Source of the DNA: Octopus bimaculoides
Lineage: Eukaryota
DNA length: 64,000 nt
Assembly: GCF_001194135.2 (NCBI RefSeq)
Contig: NC_068999.1
Coordinates: 51,438,561 to 51,502,560 of the forward strand
Direction of reading: 5' to 3'
Shown here: piece by piece, positions 1 through 14,170 of the stretch
How positions within the stretch are numbered: position 1 is the stretch's first letter
Layout: every line of letters begins with the position of its first letter
The notes under the pieces: generated by a model
The model's database searches: none
What the model was told of the DNA's origin: nothing
Seen by the model: the letters and a program-made list of their open reading frames with translations, nothing else
Made by a program: the position numbers and the translations under genes

Positions 1-176
1 ACGACGACGACGACGGCGGCAGCAATGATGATGAGACGAGGATGGTCAACATCACAAACATCATCATCATCATCATCATCATCATCATAACCCTCATCAA
101 CACGATTATCGTCATGATGACGACGAAAAGGATGGTGATATGATGAAGATGGTGACGATAACGAAGAAAATGATGC

Positions 177-226
<50 letters not shown>
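1..226. repeat. (GAC)n/(CAT)n/(GAT)n trinucleotide microsatellite block
   Basis: Directly visible; explains the poly-M/poly-I ORFs at 112-355. Confidence 0.95.
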
Positions 227-231
<5 letters not shown>

Positions 232-560
232 AATACCTACCGAAAACGCTGCAAATGTGATCGAACCCGTACCCAGTGGTGGTGATGTGAACGTTTTTAG
301 CATACAGCTATGCCTACTTGCGAGGAATTTATCTTTTTCGTATGCCAGTAGTTGATATTAATATTAAAATAATTTGTTTCTTTTAACAAATACCTTGAAC
401 TTTATAGTATAGGAAGGTTGAACTGTTACATTTATGCAGAGTGACCCACAAAAACGAAGCCCGGGTTCCGTAGCATAGCGTAAATGCAGAATTAAATTTA
501 CACACCGGAAAAGCACCCAGCCTTTCGTGTGCACGTGTCATTGTATTATTTCGACCGCTT

Positions 561-750
561 CCGGGCGAAATGCTTAGTGATATTTCGTCTACCGCTACGT
601 TCTGAGTTCAAATTCCGCCGAAGTCGACTTTGCCTTTCATCCTTTCGGGGTCGATAAATTAAGTACCAGTTACGCACTGGGGTTGATATAATCGACTAGT
701 CCCCTTCCCCCAAAAGAAATGTTCAAGGCCTTGTGCCTAGCGTAGACATA
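561..750 (+). mobile_element. tRNA-derived SINE family A, 5'-truncated, with 16-bp target-site duplication
   Basis: Body TTCTGAGTTCAAATTCCGCCGAAGTCGACTTTGCCTTTCATCCTTTCGGGGTCGATAAA recurs many times in the window. ATTATTTCGACCGCTT flanks it at 545-560 and 751-766. Confidence 0.9.
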
Positions 751-1039
751 ATTATTTCGACCGCTTGTAACTGCTTTTCAGAAACCATGTGCAATAATTA
801 CTCGTTTCCTTCGGTCATCCTCTTTTAATTGCTGTTCACATGTGAAACGATTTGGTTTGAACTTAGACTTTTCAACACCTGTTGGCATGACCTGCTTATG
901 AGAGACCAATGCGCCAATTTACGCGTTGACTTATTTGGACGTCGAGTAATCCTTTGGTGAATGTCCTGAATAACTTCCCCTGTGAGAACTGTAGGGTCTC
1001 ATTGTGTGTGGTATGTGCGTGTGTGCTTGTGCCTTTGTA

Positions 1040-1150
1040 ATTGTTTTTGTCCACCACCACTGCTTAACAACCGGTGTTGGTTTGTCTATATCACTGTAAC
1101 TGAGAAGCTCGCCAAAGCAACCGATAGAATAAGTACCGGGCTGCACAGAA
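1040..1150 (+). mobile_element. SINE family B, degenerate 3' fragment
   Basis: ACAACCGGTGTTGG...CCGATAGAATAAGTACC matches the copies at 20735, 45526, 49395 and 60925. Confidence 0.6.
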
Positions 1151-1479
1151 AATAATTTCTATCGCGTTCTGCAGAGTATAACTGCATTACATCTGTATTA
1201 TTATATGTAATAACTAAATTAAGTATAACGTCCATTTCATATACATGTTCATACATCTCCCTTTCTTCTCACTTTTACTTTAAAACAGAAGTAACCGGTG
1301 ATTTCCGTCATAAAAATAAAAATTGTTTGAAGAAAAGCTCCTACACATGTAAATTGATTGCTATTGTTTGAATAGTTCCAATTAAATAAGTCCAGAAGTT
1401 AGGTTAAATATGTATACATGCATAAGTACCATGAATTCCCATTCTACAAACAAACTGGCAAACAATCCGTGAATACTTT

Positions 1480-1510
1480 ACCGGGCAACGCTGGGTAGTA
1501 ATTCTATTAT
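1480..1510 (+). mobile_element. Possible Helitron-like 3' end (GC hairpin)
   Basis: CCGGGCAACGCTGGGTA resembles the subterminal hairpin of non-autonomous Helitrons; the terminal CTAG is not intact. Confidence 0.3.
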
Positions 1511-2531
1511 ATATTTATATATGTTCTTGTATGTATAGTGTGCATGTTGCATTTTTATGGGTCGCTAATGTATGCCAGTATTTTACACGTGTTGCGCCTA
1601 ACAAATTTTTGTTTACTTTTATTTCATTATTGCTAGCGTCATTATTCATTTTCAACCGCATAATCCCATTTCAAGAATTTCCTAATCTCGTCTCGTAACA
1701 GTTAAGCTCCAAATAACCTAGAAAATGAAAATGCTACTTACAGATATTTTCCTAATAAGCTTCACTAATAACAATTATCAACCGACTCGTGGAGCTTCAT
1801 TTTTTTTTTTTTTAATTTTAAAATAATTTTATTTTTTAATTTTATATTTATGTTGTTTTTTATTAGGCTAAATTTAACATAAATTTTAATCAAACTTGAC
1901 ATGACGTACCTAATTATAATTTTTCATTACGTTATATTAGAAATTCTTACAGTTTCCAGTTGTAACTTTCTTCGTAATTCCCAGCGCTTGCATTCATTTT
2001 TATTGGTTTTCTGACAGTTTTAAGTTTTTTGTTATATCCTTCGGATTATATATTTTGTTCATTCCCTTGTAGTATGTAATCTTCTTAACAAATATGAAAC
2101 AATCATGTCAAAAAATTTTATGAAATGAGAAGATATTAACTGAGTTTATTACATATCACTTGCGTAGAAAATTATTTCATATTTAAGTTATCGCTGTTAT
2201 TTTAGAATTGAAGATAAAAATATAGAGATGAAAGGGAAAGGCAACATAGATGTTTCCCAGAAGGCACGTGCACACACATACATACATATACACGTACATA
2301 CATTCATACATACATACATACATACATACATACATACATAATACATACATATATACATACATACACAGGCGCGCACACACACCCAAACGTGTATGCACGC
2401 ACTCAAACCTATAGTGTATAACTGTGTACAAGCATTTATAAAAATATATATACATATATACATACACACACACTCACACACACAAGTATCTATACATATA
2501 TATATAATATATATATATATGTATGTGTATG

Positions 2532-2574
<43 letters not shown>

Positions 2575-4065
2575 NNNNNNNNNNNNNNNNNNNNNNNNNN
2601 NNNNNNNNNNNNNNNNNNNNNNNNNNNNNNNNNNNNNNNNNNNNNNNNNNNNNNNNNNNNNNNNNNNNNNNNNNNNNNNNNNNNNNNNNNNNNNNNNNNN
2701 NNNNNNNNNNNNNNNNNNNNNNNNNNNNNNNNNNNNNNNNNNNNNNNNNNNNNNNNNNNNNNNNNNNNNNNNNNNNNNNNNNNNNNNNNNNNNNNNNNNN
2801 NNNNNNNNNNNNNNNNNNNNNNNNNNNNNNNNNNNNNNNNNNNNNNNNNNNNNNNNNNNNNNNNNNNNNNNNNNNNNNNNNNNNNNNNNNNNNNNNNNNN
2901 NNNNNNNNNNNNNNNNNNNNNNNNNNNNNNNNNNNNNNNNNNNNNNNNNNNNNNNNNNNNNNNNNNNNNNNNNNNNNNNNNNNNNNNNNNNNNNNNNNNN
3001 NNNNNNNNNNNNNNNNNNNNNNNNNNNNNNNNNNNNNNNNNNNNNNNNNNNNNNNNNNNNNNNNNNNNNNNNNNNNNNNNNNNNNNNNNNNNNNNNNNNN
3101 NNNNNNNNNNNNNNNNNNNNNNNNNNNNNNNNNNNNNNNNNNNNNNNNNNNNNNNNNNNNNNNNNNNNNNNNNNNNNNNNNNNNNNNNNNNNNNNNNNNN
3201 NNNNNNNNNNNNNNNNNNNNNNNNNNNNNNNNNNNNNNNNNNNNNNNNNNNNNNNNNNNNNNNNNNNNNNNNNNNNNNNNNNNNNNNNNNNNNNNNNNNN
3301 NNNNNNNNNNNNNNNNNNNNNNNNNNNNNNNNNNNNNNNNNNNNNNNNNNNNNNNNNNNNNNNNNNNNNNNNNNNNNNNNNNNNNNNNNNNNNNNNNNNN
3401 NNNNNNNNNNNNNNNNNNNNNNNNNNNNNNNNNNNNNNNNNNNNNNNNNNNNNNNNNNNNNNNNNNNNNNNNNNNNNNNNNNNNNNNNNNNNNNNTATAT
3501 ATATATATATATATATATCATGTACAAATACATACAAATACGTATATAACCGCAATTGGCGCAATTGATTACACACATACACATTTACGTCGAAAAACAT
3601 TGATACGTAAAGCATCAGAACAACTTACATATGTTTAGTAGCATACGTGATACATCTATTTTCTGTTTAATGTGATTTACATTATATATATCATTTAGAG
3701 TTTGATATTCTCACAGTCAGTAAAACCTTTATGGAATCTTCACCGACATTTTTACGCTATATATATATATTTATTCCTTGGAAAATATTTATAGTTCTGA
3801 GAGAAAAAAAAATATGTTGACGAAAAATAGAAAGATACTTCAATGATATAATGATATATAAATATGGGATTTGTGTGAAAAATCAATAATTTCCCTACAG
3901 ACCAATTAATGATATAGAGGTTGTATTTTTCTATATGTTGCTTTTGATTTTCTAAGGCTTATCATTGCGCCCTTACAATTATCAAAAGCAAGCGTAAAAA
4001 ATATGTTTGCGTTTCATAGCATAATTTCACCTTCATATATATGTATGGAGGTATGTGTATGCATG

Positions 4066-4143
<78 letters not shown>

Positions 4144-4263
4144 TGTGTGTTTGTGTGTGTGTGTGTGTGTGTGTATACATACATACATACTTACATACAT
4201 ATTTATTTATAAATGCATAAATATGTGAAATAAATGTGTGTGTACATATACACATATACACAC

Positions 4264-4316
<53 letters not shown>

Positions 4317-4639
4317 TATACATATATACATATATTTATATAAATACATATATATGCAAACAGGTACGCATCTATGTATGTGTATGCATTATATTTATAT
4401 ATACATATACGTATGTGTGTATGAACGTATAAATGCATACATTGATAAATAATATATATAAACATATACACATACGTATACGTTTTAATATAAATATATA
4501 TATATATATGTTTATACAACTATATATAGATATATACACGCACATGCATACATACATAGATACTTACATACATGCAGACATACATACATACAAAAACGTA
4601 TCCTTATTTACTCAATAATAATGTCTATGTATGTGTGGA

Positions 4640-4690
<51 letters not shown>

Positions 4691-4997
4691 CTGACTGAGC
4701 GTGTATGTATGTGCCTGAGCGTTGTTGCAGTATATTTGTACTTTAGTACTGATATATGTGTACAAGAAAGTATTTCACATCAAGGTGTTTCAAATTGAAA
4801 CTAAGGTCTTTATTTCTGTTTTTGAAGCCGTGTGTAATGACACACATTTGAAATTGCTGAAAAACCCCCAAAATTAAAAACGACATATAGATATTTATCA
4901 ATGGATCGCACTATCTTATGTTCTCTCTCCTTTCGCGTACAACTCTCAGAGTATACATACATACATACATACATACATAAATACATACATACATACA

Positions 4998-5029
<32 letters not shown>

Positions 5030-5997
5030 AATGTGTGTGTGTGTGTGTATCTATGTGACTCTATATAGATATATATATGTATGTATATATATATAATATT
5101 GTCAATATATATATNNNNNNNNNNNNNNNNNNNNNNNNNNNNNNNNNNNNNNNNNNNNNNNNNNNNNNNNNNNNNNNNNNNNNNNNNNNNNNNNNNNNNN
5201 NNNNNNNNNNNNNNNNNNNNNNNNNNNNNNNNNNNNNNNNNNNNNNNNNNNNNNNNNNNNNNNNNNNNNNNNNNNNNNNNNNNNNNNNNNNNNNNNNNNN
5301 NNNNNNNNNNNNNNNNNNNNNNNNNNNNNNNNNNNNNNNNNNNNNNNNNNNNNNNNNNNNNNNNNNNNNNNNNNNNNNNNNNNNNNNNNNNNNNNNNNNN
5401 NNNNNNNNNNNNNNNNNNNNNNNNNNNNNNNNNNNNNNNNNNNNNNNNNNNNNNNNNNNNNNNNNNNNNNNNNNNNNNNNNNNNNNNNNNNNNNNNNNNN
5501 NNNNNNNNNNNNNNNNNNNNNNNNNNNNNNNNNNNNNNNNNNNNNNNNNNNNNNNNNNNNNNNNNNNNNNNNNNNNNNNNNNNNNNNNNNNNNNNNNNNN
5601 NNNNNNNNNNNNNNNNNNNNNNNNNNNNNNNNNNNNNNNNNNNNNNNNNNNNNNNNNNNNNNNNNNNNNNNNNNNNNNNNNNNNNNNNNNNNNNNNNNNN
5701 NNNNNNNNNNNNNNNNNNNNNNNNNNNNNNNNNNNNNNNNNNNNNNNNNNNNNNNNNNNNNNNNNNNNNNNNNNNNNNNNNNNNNNNNNNNNNNNNNNNN
5801 NNNNNNNNNNNNNNNNNNNNNNNNNNNNNNNNNNNNNNNNNNNNNNNNNNNNNNNNNNNNNNNNNNNNNNNNNNNNNNNNNNNNNNNNNNNNNNNNNNNN
5901 NNNNNNNNNNNNNNNNNNNNNNNNNNNNNNNNNNNNNNNNNNNNNNNNNNNNNNNNNNNNNNNNNNNNNNNNNNNNNNNNNNNNNNNNNNNNNNNNA

Positions 5998-6145
5998 AGA
6001 AGAAGAAGAAGAAGAAGAAGAAGAAGAAGAAGAAGAAGAAGAAGAAGAAGAAGAAGAAGAAGAAGAAGAAGAAGAAGAAGAAGAAGAAGAAGAAGAAGAA
6101 GAAGAAGATGATGATAACGTTGATGATGATGATGACGACGACGAC
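5998..6145. repeat. (GAA)n followed by (GAT/GAC)n microsatellite
   Basis: Directly visible; source of the poly-E/R/S ORFs. Confidence 0.95.
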
Positions 6146-6769
6146 ATTGACGACATAGACGCCAATTTATATTCTAACAGGTTATCTCTTTGCCTCTGCG
6201 TCTGTTTCTGTGTGTACGCTTGCATGTATGTATGCATGCATGTGTGTATGAATGTACGTATGTATGCATGTATGTATGTATGCATGCATTATGTATGTAT
6301 GTATGCATGCATGTATCTATGTATGCATGTCTGTATGTATGTATGTATGTATGCATGTATGTATGCTTGCATGTATATATGTATGCATGTATATATGTAT
6401 GCATGTATATATGTATGTATCTTCATCAACTCTCTTCTGAAATGTTTTAAGAAATAATGTTAATGTTACAAATATACTTCTTAAAATATTAACATTTTAC
6501 GATATATTCTCCATGGTGTTTCTCCCCTCTTCGATCTTTAAGCACATAGCTAAGAAATTCCTTAAGGAAATAAACATTTAATTCCAGAGAAATACAAATA
6601 CATCGAGCGAATAAACAGACAATTGATGTCGATGTCTGGTAAAAGATTAAACTTCAACGCTGTCACATAGTGAATTAATCCGAAATTTTCTTCCTAAGAG
6701 ATTCCAAACAAAATATACTTCAAGCATTAGCGGTGTGTATTGAAAAGTACGGCGCTTGTGTTTGACATG

Positions 6770-6870
<101 letters not shown>

Positions 6871-7005
6871 ATGACCGTGTGTATATATGTTTGTATGCGA
6901 GTGTTTATGTGCACATATATATATACATATGTACATGTACATGCATACGTGTATACACAAACATGTATATGTATATATAATATATATATGTGTATATATA
7001 CATAT

Positions 7006-7036
<31 letters not shown>

Positions 7037-7187
7037 GCTACATATATATATACCTAACCTCCTTATATATACATGTATTTGATATATATGTATATATATG
7101 CATATATGTGTATACATATGTGTGTGTATGTGTATATACCTATATATACCTATATATTTGTATATGTATGCATATACATATATATAC

Positions 7188-7226
<39 letters not shown>

Positions 7227-8125
7227 NNNNNNNNNNNNNNNNNNNNNNNNNNNNNNNNNNNNNNNNNNNNNNNNNNNNNNNNNNNNNNNNNNNNNNNNNN
7301 NNNNNNNNNNNNNNNNNNNNNNNNNNNNNNNNNNNNNNNNNNNNNNNNNNNNNNNNNNNNNNNNNNNNNNNNNNNNNNNNNNNNNNNNNNNNNNNNNNNN
7401 NNNNNNNNNNNNNNNNNNNNNNNNNNNNNNNNNNNNNNNNNNNNNNNNNNNNNNNNNNNNNNNNNATATATATATATATATAACACGTTGTGTATGTGTT
7501 ATTGTACAGTCAAATAAAATCACTATCAATCATATGGCACTCTGCTAAGGTAAATCAAAGGAATATTTGTGGACATAAACCTACAGTCTTTGATTTGGAT
7601 ATTCTTCCTCGATGTTGATTACGTCTCGCTCGAGAAAAATATTCCCTCGGTAATTGATTAAGTTCAACATTTTCATTTAATAAATGTACATGAGAATGTA
7701 AGAGCACTCGTACGCGTGAGAGCGTCCGCTTGTATGTCAGCCAATGTCCGTGTATGAGCCTTCGTCTCTACGTACTAATGTGTTTTTGTGCTTGAGTGCA
7801 TGTATCTTTGTATATGTGTACGTACAGAAATTTAACACTGTAAAATCATCCGAAAATAATAGTTTGAGTGAGTGTATATTATGTATGTAGGTAGGTAGGT
7901 ATATACGTATTTAATGCATGTGTGTGTCTGTATTAATATACGTATATACATATATACGGACTAATGCATGTAGATGCAATGTATGAGCCCGTCTGTATCT
8001 GTGCAAGTTTATAAATATTCATATACATAATATTTATTAGCGACAGAGACAGTATTAATACCGTGTGATAATATTTATTATTTCCACTTATCTCAATATG
8101 GATATGTTAGAGCGACAACATGCAA

Positions 8126-8462
8126 GATGATGCATGATTCAGTGGTTAGAGCGTTGGCTCACAATCGATTACCGTTCCGGCCTGTGTATTGTGTTCTTGA
8201 GCAGAGCACCTTTTGTTTTCTTTTTACTTTTTATTTCACGTTGCTCCAGTTCACTAAGCTGTAGAAATGATTTGCGACGCCACTGGTGCCAAGCTATTTC
8301 GGCCTTTGTTTTCCCTTGGATAACATCGTTAGCGAGGATAGGAGAGGCTGGGATGCATGGGTGACTACTGGTTTTCCATAAACGACCTTGCCCGAATTTG
8401 TTTCTCGAGGGTAATTTTCTAGGTGCAATCGCGTGGGCATTCATGAGCGAAGGGGATCTTCA
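8126..8462 (+). mobile_element. tRNA-derived SINE family C, near full length, with CORE-like domain
   Basis: A-box-like CAGTGGTTAGAG; CORE-like TGTGTTCTTGAGCAGAGCAC...TTTCACGTTGCTCCAGTTCACT; 3' body shared with 9742-10040. Correspondence to the described octopus OK/OR1/OR2 SINEs is not verified. Confidence 0.8.
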
Positions 8463-8542
8463 CCCATTTTTTTTTTACTTTAGATGGTTAATACATATAT
8501 CCATATACGATAGTGTATTGATTATCTGCATACATTGCCGTC

Positions 8543-8710
8543 TCCCCAAAACATGTACCGAGAGTGATAAAAATCAAACAATCAGTGAACATCATGGTGT
8601 TTAGAGTGATCGCTAGTGATGGTGACGTCATCCTTCCATTCATCTTCTAACACGGTCTCATTCATCTTCTAGCCCTACATCAAGTGCCTGGAGGAGGTAG
8701 TGCTGCAACG
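8543..8710 (+). pseudogene. Tc1/mariner-superfamily transposase fragment (catalytic domain)
   Basis: Translates SPKHVPRVIKIKQSVNIMVFRVIASDGDVILPFIF*HGL, then after a frameshift AYIKCLEEVVL. This resembles the DDD-domain segment IMVFGV.TSDGDVMPPFIFPHGL..N.EAYIKCLEEVV. Confidence 0.75.
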
Positions 8711-9741
8711 GCGATTTCATTGAATAAATTTCCTTTTTAGTATTTCAAGATATGTTCGTGTAATTTTGGTAAATATTTCTGTTAAAATGAGACTTCAGTG
8801 TTGTTTTCATTACAAATACATATATATATATATATATATATATACATAGGGTGTGGTGAATATATATATATATANNNNNNNNNNNNNNNNNNNNNNNNNN
8901 NNNNNNNNNNNNNNNNNNNNNNNNNNNNNNNNNNNNNNNNNNNNNNNNNNNNNNNNNNNNNNNNNNNNNNNNNNNNNNNNNNNNNNNNNNNNNNNNNNNN
9001 NNNNNNNNNNNNNNNNNNNNNNNNNNNNNNNNNNNNNNNNNNNNNNNNNNNNNNNNNNNNNNNNNNNNNNNNNNNNNNNNNNNNNNNNNNNNNNNNNNNN
9101 NNNNNNNNNNNNNNNNNNNNNNNNNNNNNNNNNNNNNNNNNNNNNNNNNNNNNNNNNNNNNNNNNNNNNNNNNNNNNNNNNNNNNNNNNNNNNNNNNNNN
9201 NNNNNNNNNNNNNNNNNNNNNNNNNNNNNNNNNNNNNNNNNNNNNNNNNNNNNNNNNNNNNNNNNNNNNNNNNNNNNNNNNNNNNNNNNNNNNNNNNNNN
9301 NNNNNNNNNNNNNNNNNNNNNNNNNNNNNNNNNNNNNNNNNNNNNNNNNNNNNNNNNNNNNNNNNNNNNNNNNNNNNNNNNNNNNNNNNNNNNNNNNNNN
9401 NNNNNNNNNNNNNNNNNNNNNNNNNNNNNNNNNNNNNNNNNNNNNNNNNNNNNNNNNNNNNNNNNNNNNNNNNNNNNNNNNNNNNNNNNNNNNNNNNNNN
9501 NNNNNNNNNNNNNNNNNNNNNNNNNNNNNNNNNNNNNNNNNNNNNNNNNNNNNNNNNNNNNNNNNNNNNNNNNNNNNNNNNNNNNNNNNNNNNNNNNNNN
9601 NNNNNNNNNNNNNNNNNNNNNNNNNNNNNNNNNNNNNNNNNNNNNNNNNNNNNNNNNNNNNNNNNNNNNNNNNNNNNNNNNNNNNNNNNNNNNNNNNNNN
9701 NNNNNNNNNNNNNNNNNNNNNATATATATATATATATAAGT

Positions 9742-10040
9742 GAAGGCGCATAATTCAGTGGCTAAAGAGACTAGCTTACGATCGTGAGATTGTGTTTCGA
9801 TTCCCGCACCGGGCTGCGTGTTGTGTTCTTGAGCAAGGCACTTTATGTCACGTGGCTCCACTTCACGTCACTGGTGGCATGGAAAGAGGGGCGCTGATAT
9901 TCATGGTCGACTGCTGGTCTTCCATAAAAACAACCCTGAGTCATGCATGCGCCGGTGAGGCGACTTTCGGACCAGACTTGTACCCCGGAGGGGAACCTCT
10001 CAGGTCCATCCATGGTCATTCCTGACCGACGGAGTCCAGA
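9742..10040 (+). mobile_element. SINE family C copy, internally deleted
   Basis: tRNA head GAAGGCGCATAATTCAGTGGCTAAAGAGACTAGCTTACGATCG...TTCGATTCC with an ACG anticodon-like loop; CORE-like block; same 3' body as 8126; follows (TA)n. Confidence 0.8.
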
Positions 10041-10489
10041 GTATGAATATATATATATATATATATATATATAGATATATAGATATATACGTATATACCG
10101 ATATATGTTTATATGTACATATTTATGTAAATATTTGTCTGTGTTTATGTGTGTGTACAGATATAGGTCTCAATATGTATATAAATACATACATATACAT
10201 TATATTATTTTATTCTATAACATTATAATATATATGAATATACGTGAATAGTTTATTCATACACTCTACCTCTTAATATATCATGATGCAAGCTAATAAG
10301 TGTATACATAATTGTTTCAAGTTTGTTGGTTGTGTCCAAAGCAAAACTACTTCTATAAAATCAGACGCTTTATTGACGTCTGCACTATAAAAATAATTTT
10401 CATATAAAAATTAATAAATAGCGAACATTAATATCAACAATATACATAGTAAATATTTTTAACTATTGCCCCGTCGATTATGTGTGTGT

Positions 10490-10525
<36 letters not shown>

Positions 10526-10535
10526 NNNNNNNNNN

Positions 10536-10580
<45 letters not shown>

Positions 10581-12485
10581 TGTGTTTGTAGGGAGGGGTG
10601 AGTTAACCAAAAGCAACTCAAATGTTCCTAATGTTTAAGGATGTTGTATCATTTGAATCCGACCTCTTAAGCCATGATACGCAACGTTAATTTCCATAAG
10701 CACGCCAATATTTTCGAAAACTAAACTTAAATCTGATATTAAAAGCATTTAGGAATTATTAAAGAAGCAATATTTCGAGATAAAACTAAAACTTTTTTGA
10801 AATAAAAAAAAAGACAGAAAGTAGAAACAATTTCTGTGTAAGGCCATTAACCAAAATTGTATTAAGACTTGTGTAGAAACATTTAATAAAATATATTCTG
10901 AAATTGATATCATTTTAAATTTCCAATGTCTGAAATTCTAATGCATAAGCATAAATTTGTAGGAGGAATATAATCCACAACCTTAGATTAGACAATAGGT
11001 ACTTTTTGAGCCTTACCTCAGTATCCATCCTAATTTTGCTGCGCTGACCCCTATGATTCTTTGATGGAAAGCTTTCTTCTTGAATTGACACCGATGCTCC
11101 TTTAAATTTTGCCTTTTATTAGGTAGAGGTATTAGCCCTGCACAAACCCTTTTTCACTTCTGAGAAGTGGTCCATATTAGTCTGGCCTTACACTTTAATC
11201 TGCCAGACATGGGAGGCTCTACCAGTAGCTTGCACCCATCTGGCATAGCTCTCAGAGACATTGAGGCACACAAGCTACTGTAAGGACTGGACATTGGTGG
11301 GTTGAATTCCAATATTTTACCAGGACATATTCTACTGCTCTTAAACGGATAGTAGATAAGGTGGATTTCAACAGATTTGATCTCAAAAGTTTTAGGAATG
11401 AAACTAAACATAGTAATGCATGCATCTTATCGGTGTTCGAAAGTAACTCGGCTATTTCTACCTCCTTAAAATAAACAAATATTTTAAAGCAATAAGAAAC
11501 TATGTAAGATAAAAGAAAAATGCATTGAGAACTCAAATAAGCCTTGCCTAATTTGTACAACAAATCTTTTGTCGTCTTGTATAAGCTTGTATTATTTTAT
11601 TCATTATTTATGTTTTGCTTTATTTTATTTATTTTATATTTCTACTGTGAGGTGTCGTATTTTGTCTTCTCTTTAATTCTCCATTTCGTGAAAATGAATT
11701 CAAGGTTACTAATCGATTATGTCCCCCTCGCTTATATTTTGTGTTTATATTCCAACACCAAGTCCAACGCATCGATTGAGCCTATTTACGCTGCTACACA
11801 GAAGCAGCCATTGGATTATTATAACGCCCACTGAATAATAATAGTAATACGACGCTATGCCTTGTTGTTCTGTTAACATGACGTTTTTCTTTTGTGGAGG
11901 TAAGAAAGCTATAAAACCCAATTATTATTATTATTTAGACAGCCTCAAAAGATGGAAGATTTCCCCTCTTTTTATATATACATACATATATATATATATA
12001 TATTTCTTCACTTGTTTCCGTATCCTTTAAACTATGTATTTATTATTATAATATCAAAAGATATACAAGACACAACCAGCTCTTATTATTCCGATAGATT
12101 TATAAAAGGAGGGAAAAAAAGGGAAAAATGGAAAGAATGAACATAAGAGGCGAAGAATGGAAAAGGAGAAAGAAAAGGCTGCATCAGATTTATTTTCAGA
12201 ATCATTTTATTTTCAACACAAATATCTGTCAATAGCTAAGAGAAGAAAAGATAAAATTAAGAAACTATTTTCGCGCTGTGATGGAAAACATTTCATTTGT
12301 ATCGTTGGCAATCTATCCGAGAACACCCGGAGTCTAACACGCGAATCTTACAAAAGAAAACCAGGGGAAACAATCGTTATAACAATTTCACGTTATGATT
12401 TTTCTTCGTAATTTTCTCATTTTTCTTTACTTTTCTTTCTTTTCTTTACCCTTTCTTTTCCCTTTTCAACCTCTTTTTCTCTCTT

Positions 12486-12523
<38 letters not shown>

Positions 12524-13004
12524 GCACGCACACAGAGAAAGTGAGAGACACAGACAGAGATGTAGAGATGGATAGACAGAGAGACCTGAATGTATATGTG
12601 TGTGTGTGTGTGTGATTATGTATGTATATACATGTATATGTGTGAATGTAAGCACGTAAGCATGTACGTATGTATTTGTATATGTATAAATGCCAATGTT
12701 TACTAAGCCAGATCACAATGATGTAAAATAAAGATTTTTCTAAGGCTGCAGGAGAAAGAAATAATTTGGAAAAATTATCGAAAATATTTTTATATATTTT
12801 GAGGCATGATGGAAATCAAACAATGATAGGTTCTAAAATAAAATGTCAATCTCATTGTCAAATATGACGAATGGCAAAAGCCATAAATCTCCCGAAGAGA
12901 TACGATGTAAGTAATTTTCTTTCTTTTTCTTTTGTTTTCTTTTTTTCTATTTCTCTTTCTACTTTTCCGCTACGTTGTGAGTCCAACTATCTATCTATCT
13001 ATCT

Positions 13005-13175
13005 ATCTATCTATGCATATATGGGTAAAGGACGTCACAAACCGTAAACATGAAATACGGAAACAAATGAGTTGATACGCAAACAACGAGACAAACAAAT
13101 GAAAAACAGGACTAGTAACATAAAGAACGACACTTCATCAGTTGTCGGCTGTCTATCTACCCCTCATTTTGAGCA
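13005..13175 (-). mobile_element. Short repeat with CTGATGA motif, homologous to 58395-58560
   Basis: Shares the plus-strand blocks TGCATAT..GGGTA.AGGAC.T..CAAAC and ACATA.AGAAC....CTTCATCAG with 58395-58560. Confidence 0.5.
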
Positions 13176-13261
13176 TTGAACGAGGCTCAGAGTTGTAGGC
13201 AAGTGGGGGCCGGAGAAACATAAGCCCGCTCATTACAATAATTGTTACTTTTTGACAGAAG

Positions 13262-13892
13262 ACCAGTAATTTCGAAGAGGAAGTGAATCGATTGCATAGA
13301 CCCCCAGTGCTCAATTGGTACTTATTTTATCGCCCTTGAAAGGATGAAAGGCAAAGTCGACCTTGGTGGAATTTGAACCTAATGCTCCAAGTACAAATTC
13401 CGCTGAGATCGATTTTGCTTTTCATCCTTTTCGGGCTCAATAAAAGAAGTACCAGTTGAGCCATGGGGTCGATGAAATCGACTTATCCCCTCCCCCAAAC
13501 TTGCTGGCCTTGTGGTAAAATTTGAAACCAAAGGCGGTGAGCTGATAGAGTCGTTAGCACGCCGATCAAAATGCTTATCGGCATTTCGTCCGTCATTACG
13601 TTCTGAGTTCAAATTCCGCCAAGGTCGACTTTGCCTTTCGTCCGTTTCGGGGTCGATAAAATAAGTGCCAGTAGAAAAGTGGGGTCGATGTAATCGACTT
13701 ACACCCGCCCCCGAAATTCCTGACATTGAGTCAAAACTCAAAACTACGTTATTAATAATTATTTCAAATTTTTTCCACAAGGGCAGCTGGGAGGAGGAAT
13801 CAGTCGATTACATCGACCCCAGTTTTCAAGATTTGAAACTATTATTATCATCATCATTATCAACATCATTATCGTTGTTGTCGTCGTTGTTG

Positions 13893-13949
<57 letters not shown>

Positions 13950-14170
13950 AAGCGGCGAGCTGGCAGACTCGTTAGCATGCCGGACGAAATGCTTAGCGGT
14001 ATTTCGCCCGTCACTCTGTTCTGAGTTCAAATTCCGCCGAGGTCATCTTTGCCTTTTATCCTTTCGGAGTCGATAAATTAAGTACCAGTTGAACACTGGG
14101 GTCGATGTAATTGACTGAAGCCCTCCACCCCAGCTCAAAAAATTGCTGGTCACGTGCTAAAATTTGAAAT
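13262..14170. mobile_element. Cluster of five SINE-A pieces: 13262-13380(-), 13395-13528(+), 13531-13740(+), 13760-13825(-), 13950-14170(+)
   Basis: Each matches the family A body; two carry intact heads (GGCGGTGAGCTG, GCGGCGAGCTGGCAG); interleaved with (TCA)n/(GTA)n. Confidence 0.85.

Noticed and set aside
3712-3960. Possible Tc1-like MITE starting CAGTCAGTAAAACC
   Set aside because: No second TIR or TSD found in the window.
11154-11411. 85-aa minus ORF containing PFKSSRICPGK, resembling the P450 heme motif
   Set aside because: Spacing is one residue short of FxxGxRxCxG, the Gly is absent, and no K-helix or PERF context is present.
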